From a virus (lineage: Duplodnaviria > Heunggongvirae > Uroviricota > Caudoviricetes), in the IMG/VR virus record IMGVR_UViG_2600255112_000003: a DNA stretch of 10,992 nt; one strand, given 5' to 3'. Position 1 is the stretch's first letter, and every line of letters starts with the position of its first letter. The notes under the pieces are model-generated. The model did no database searches. It worked only from the letters and a program-made list of their open reading frames with translations, and was not told where the DNA came from. Of the stretch, positions 8,108-10,992 are shown in pieces. The position numbers and the translations under genes are program-made.

Positions 8108-8165
8108 AATACGGATGAGTTTCTGGGGAGCGGAGTTTGCGGCGTTCTTACAGTGTAAGCAGTAA
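8025..8165 (+). CDS. hok: Hok/Gef-family type I toxin (small membrane peptide)
   Basis: Not in the ORF track (46 aa). ATG 8025 is preceded by AAGGAG (8011-8016). Translation MSQKSLTAITFCVTAILIIWMLHGSLCEIRMSFWGAEFAAFLQCKQ has an N-terminal transmembrane helix followed by the SLCE(I/L)R ... E-x-AAFL-x-CK signature, closest to my recollection of HokA. Confidence 0.75.
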   Translation: MSQKSLTAITFCVTAILIIWMLHGSLCEIRMSFWGAEFAAFLQCKQ

Positions 8166-8174
8166 GGAAACCGC

Positions 8175-8196
8175 GACGGGGGAGCAATCCCCCGTC
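8175..8196 (+). other. Stable stem-loop just 3' of hok, possibly part of the hok mRNA 3' structure
   Basis: Perfect 9-bp stem gacggggga / tcccccgtc with a gcaa loop, 10 nt after the hok stop. There is no U-tract, so it is not a classical intrinsic terminator. Confidence 0.4.
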
Positions 8197-8226
8197 AATC
8201 GGTTGCCAGGGTAAGGTCGATAAGGC

Positions 8227-8321
8227 ACCCTATCTCACCAATGCCGTTCAGTTAGTTAAGGAATTGAGGTTCGAGCTATCGAACCTCAATTCCTTAACTG
8301 AACTACATTACCCTATCTCAC
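8227..8321. mobile_element. 71-bp palindromic miniature element with IS4-like termini, flanked by a 12-bp target-site duplication
   Basis: Exact 12-bp direct repeats ACCCTATCTCAC at 8227-8238 and 8310-8321 flank 8239-8309. The enclosed segment is almost entirely an inverted repeat: a 16-bp perfect stem, a gcta centre, and 9 more pairs after a 4-nt gtta bulge. Both tips begin AATG, and AATGCCGTTCAGTTA..AGGA resembles my recollection of the IS4 terminal repeat. A 12-bp duplication fits the 11-13 bp made by IS4-family transposases. Confidence 0.55.
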
Positions 8322-8445
8322 AGCTCTAAATGCAAAAATCCCATGAAACTGTGGGTATTTCATCACACACTGACACTGCTCTACCTTTCTATATGTATCA
8401 CTCTAAACCAGTTAATCAATTGGCACTTATCAACAACAAAAAATC

Positions 8446-8454
8446 TGATAAAAT
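8446..8454 (+). promoter_or_regulatory. Candidate extended -10 promoter for the AT-rich two-gene cassette
   Basis: TGaTAAAAT about 55 nt upstream of ATG 8509 in an AT-rich leader, with no good -35 at proper spacing. Confidence 0.3.
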
Positions 8455-8508
8455 CAAAATGTTTTGTAACAAATTTCAGCTTGTAGTGTTCCAAAGGAGA
8501 CGAATTAC

Positions 8509-8841
8509 ATGACATTAATCAAATGTCCTGAATGCCAGAAAGAGGTAAGCGATTCAGCATTATGTTGCCCTGCTTGTGGTAAACAACTGAAAAAACTTAA
8601 GCGTTCATTTTTTGGAAAACTCATTAAATGGACTTTTATATTTTTTAATATTTTTATGATCTATACACTTTTAGTTGGACTAGGAGGCGCTGATGAAATA
8701 ATAAACAATACCACATCCGATGCCGAAAAAGCTGGGGCAGTTATTGGTACGGGCTTAGGTTTAATTGTCATTGGAGGCTTATGGGTTATTGGCGATATCA
8801 TTATCGGAATTTTAGTATTTCTTACTAAACCAAAGGGATAA
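8509..8841 (+). CDS. Small membrane protein with N-terminal zinc ribbon and two predicted transmembrane helices
   Basis: AAGGAG Shine-Dalgarno 9 nt upstream. CPECQ-x12-CCPACG forms a four-cysteine zinc ribbon, followed by hydrophobic segments WTFIFFNIFMIYTLLVGLGG and AVIGTGLGLIVIGGLWVIGDIIIGILVFL. The coding sequence is visibly AT-rich. Confidence 0.7.
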   Translation: MTLIKCPECQKEVSDSALCCPACGKQLKKLKRSFFGKLIKWTFIFFNIFMIYTLLVGLGGADEIINNTTSDAEKAGAVIGTGLGLIVIGGLWVIGDIIIGILVFLTKPKG

Positions 8842-8845
8842 TAAA

Positions 8846-9739
8846 ATGAAAAATATGATTTTTTCTATAGGTGCATTATTTATATCAATTAGTGTACTGC
8901 CTGTTCATGCAGCAACTGAACATAAGAATTTCAATGCAGTGCTCCAGTGCCGAGCGATAGAAAACAATAAAGACAGACTTTCTTGTTACGATAAGTCAAT
9001 ACAACCGACTCGAACGAAAGTTGCTGAAAAATTTGAAAGCAGGGATCAATGCCCTGATGAGAAAGATGATGACAAACGTTTATCTTGTTATGATCGTTTT
9101 TTTTCTCCAACATTTACTCCATCTGTAAACTCAAAATCTAAAACGGAAAAGCTAGTAACAACAAAGGCTCAGCAACCAAATCTTTCTGAAATATCTAAAT
9201 GCCGAGCAGAAAATGATAAAGAAGCCAGACTAAACTGCTACGATAAACTATTCCCACAGGATGAAGCTGTTCAATCTGAATCACAATTAGAGAAAGCCAC
9301 AGATGCAGGAAAATGGCACACGTCCATTACTACATCGCCAATTGATGATTCGAAAAATATAATTTTATCGTTAGAAAGTGATGATTATATCAGAACTCCA
9401 TTTGGAGAAGCTGTTACTCCCACTCTGTTTATAGCTTGCCGAGAAAAGAAAACCGAAGTATTTCTTAGTTGGGATGTATATTTAGGCCTTGAACAAACCA
9501 GCATGCTGTATCGTCTTGATAAACAGAAAGCAGTTGAAAGAAACTGGCTAATATCTACAGATACAAAGGCTGTTTTTTATAAAGGTAATGATATTGATTT
9601 CATAAGAAAACTTGCCAACTCACATAAAATGTACACAAAAATAACCCCTTATAATGAAAGCCCTGTAAGTGCAACTTTCAATTTAAGCGGCCTGTCAAAT
9701 GCACTAAAACCGCTTCAAGATGCTTGTAACTGGAAATAG
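8846..9739 (+). CDS. Secreted (Sec signal peptide) cysteine-repeat protein of unknown function
   Basis: Starts 4 nt after the upstream stop with an AGGG ribosome-binding site, so it is likely co-transcribed. N-terminus MKNMIFSIGALFISISVLPVHA/AT is a typical signal peptide with an AxA cleavage site. Three repeats of C-x11-C-Y-D-[KR] are followed by a C-terminal domain of about 150 aa with two more cysteines. Confidence 0.75.
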   Translation: MKNMIFSIGALFISISVLPVHAATEHKNFNAVLQCRAIENNKDRLSCYDKSIQPTRTKVAEKFESRDQCPDEKDDDKRLSCYDRFFSPTFTPSVNSKSKTEKLVTTKAQQPNLSEISKCRAENDKEARLNCYDKLFPQDEAVQSESQLEKATDAGKWHTSITTSPIDDSKNIILSLESDDYIRTPFGEAVTPTLFIACREKKTEVFLSWDVYLGLEQTSMLYRLDKQKAVERNWLISTDTKAVFYKGNDIDFIRKLANSHKMYTKITPYNESPVSATFNLSGLSNALKPLQDACNWK

Positions 9740-9757
9740 TATATACCTCCCCAATAT

Positions 9758-9799
9758 CAGATGACAAAACGCCCGTGAAAACGGGCGTTTTGTCATCTG
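9758..9799. terminator. Strong bidirectional intrinsic terminator
   Basis: Perfect 18-bp inverted repeat cagatgacaaaacgcccg / cgggcgttttgtcatctg with a 6-nt loop. The GC core is flanked by A/T runs on both strands, 19 nt after the cassette stop. Confidence 0.8.
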
Positions 9800-9940
9800 T
9801 AACTCGAAAATGTGGTCATTGCGTGGACATACGATGATATAAATCCTTTTATATCAAAAGATTAAACCACTATTATTTTCCTCAACAAGGATTTTCACGT
9901 TTGTGTTACCTGTATGAGACGAGAGTTAACCAGACAAGTG

Positions 9941-9949
9941 TGCCATAAT
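9941..9949 (+). promoter_or_regulatory. Candidate extended -10 promoter for flk
   Basis: TGcCATAAT about 48 nt upstream of ATG 9997, with no convincing -35. Eye call only. Confidence 0.25.
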
Positions 9950-9996
9950 CTCGCGGCCAGGCATACTTGCGAAGATTTCAGGTATAAGGATACGTA

Positions 9997-10992
9997 ATGA
10001 TACAACCTATTTCCGGCCCTCCTCCTGGGCAACCACCAGGTCAGGGAGATAACCTGCCGTCTGGCGCGGGCAATCAGCCTTTATCCAGTCAGCAACGTAC
10101 TTCGCTGGAAAGCTTAATGACGAAAGTGACCTCACTGACGCAACAACAAAGAGCAGAACTGTGGGCGGGTATCAGGCACGATATTGGTCTGTCGGGAGAT
10201 TCACCGCTGCTTTCGCGTCACTTCCCTGCCGCTGAGCATAATCTGGCGCAACGTCTGTTGGCCGCGCAGAAAAGCCATTCTGCCCGCCAGCTTTTAGCGC
10301 AATTAGGGGAGTATTTACGTCTGGGGAATAATCGTCAGGCGGTCACGGATTATATCCGTCATAACTTTGGTCAGACGCCGCTGAATCAGCTCTCACCGGA
10401 GCAATTAAAAACCATTCTCACCCTGTTGCAGGAAGGGAAGATGGTTATTCCGCAACCACAGCAGCGCGAGGCGACCGACCGTCCTTTATTACCGGCGGAG
10501 CACAATGCGCTCAAACAGCTGGTGACCAAACTTGCGGCAGCAACGGGGGAACCCAGCAAACAGATCTGGCAATCGATGCTGGAACTTTCCGGGGTGAAAG
10601 ATGGCGAGTTAATTCCAGCGAAACTGTTTAACCATCTGGTGACCTGGCTACAGGCGCGTCAGACGCTAAGCCAGCAAAATACGCCGACACTGGAATCACT
10701 ACAGATGGCGCTAAAACAACCTTTAGATGCCAGTGAACTGGCGGCGTTATCGACATATATCCAACAAAAATATGGCCTTTCTGCGCAATCATCGCTTTCT
10801 TCTTCCCAGGCCGAGGATATTCTTAACCAGCTTTATCAACGGCGGGTTAAAGGGATTGAACCGCGTGATATGCAACCGCTGCTTAATCCTTTTCCACCGA
10901 TGATGGACACGTTGCAAAATATGGCAACGCGTCCCGCGCTGTGGATACTGTTAGTCGCGATTATCCTGATGCTGGTCTGGCTGGTTCGTTAA
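9997..10992 (+). CDS. flk: Flagellar regulator Flk (C-tail-anchored inner-membrane protein)
   Basis: 331-aa ORF with N-terminus MIQPISGPPPGQPPGQGDNLPSG, a Gln/Leu-rich body and a single C-terminal hydrophobic anchor ALWILLVAIILMLVWLVR. This matches my recollection of enterobacterial Flk in sequence, length and topology. AAGGA Shine-Dalgarno 6 nt upstream. Confidence 0.8.
   Translation: MIQPISGPPPGQPPGQGDNLPSGAGNQPLSSQQRTSLESLMTKVTSLTQQQRAELWAGIRHDIGLSGDSPLLSRHFPAAEHNLAQRLLAAQKSHSARQLLAQLGEYLRLGNNRQAVTDYIRHNFGQTPLNQLSPEQLKTILTLLQEGKMVIPQPQQREATDRPLLPAEHNALKQLVTKLAAATGEPSKQIWQSMLELSGVKDGELIPAKLFNHLVTWLQARQTLSQQNTPTLESLQMALKQPLDASELAALSTYIQQKYGLSAQSSLSSSQAEDILNQLYQRRVKGIEPRDMQPLLNPFPPMMDTLQNMATRPALWILLVAIILMLVWLVR

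Noticed and set aside
8246-8303. GGTTCGA motif resembling a tRNA T-arm, considered as a tRNA fragment or att site
   Set aside because: The motif is part of a perfect long palindrome (GGTTCGAgctaTCGAACC) with no acceptor stem or CCA context, so it is better explained as the fused inverted repeats of the miniature element.
8330-8512. 60-aa ORF in the AT-rich leader of the cassette
   Set aside because: It occupies the promoter and leader region, lacks a ribosome-binding site, and ends across the ribosome-binding site and start codon of the real gene; probably a chance frame in AT-rich DNA.
8948-9247. Regularly spaced nucleotide repeats, considered as a possible CRISPR-like array
   Set aside because: The repeats are in-frame within a coding sequence, encode a repeated peptide motif, and are not short identical units with unique spacers.

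Overview
The window holds the right-hand end of a P2-like (peduovirus-type) prophage, followed by a junction region and a core gene. From the left: a Gin/Pin/Hin-family serine DNA invertase (+ strand), then a minus-strand tail block (gpU, tape measure gpT, chaperone E with E' extension, tail tube FII, tail sheath FI), then gpD and the Ogr zinc-finger late activator on the + strand, divergent from FI. Compared with the canonical P2 order (FI-FII-E-T-U-D-ogr on one strand), the FI-to-U block is inverted, and the invertase sits at one inversion junction. Right of ogr lies a hok/mok-like type I toxin locus, then a 71-bp palindromic miniature element with IS4-like ends and a 12-bp target duplication. 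Next is a visibly AT-rich two-gene cassette with its own promoter and a strong terminator, which I consider the best candidate for an undescribed system; it encodes a zinc-ribbon membrane protein and a secreted cysteine-repeat protein. The window ends with flk (flagellar regulator, C-tail-anchored). All calls rest on reading the sequence and ORF translations and on recalled family features; no database search or computation was run. I found no tRNA, rRNA or CRISPR array.
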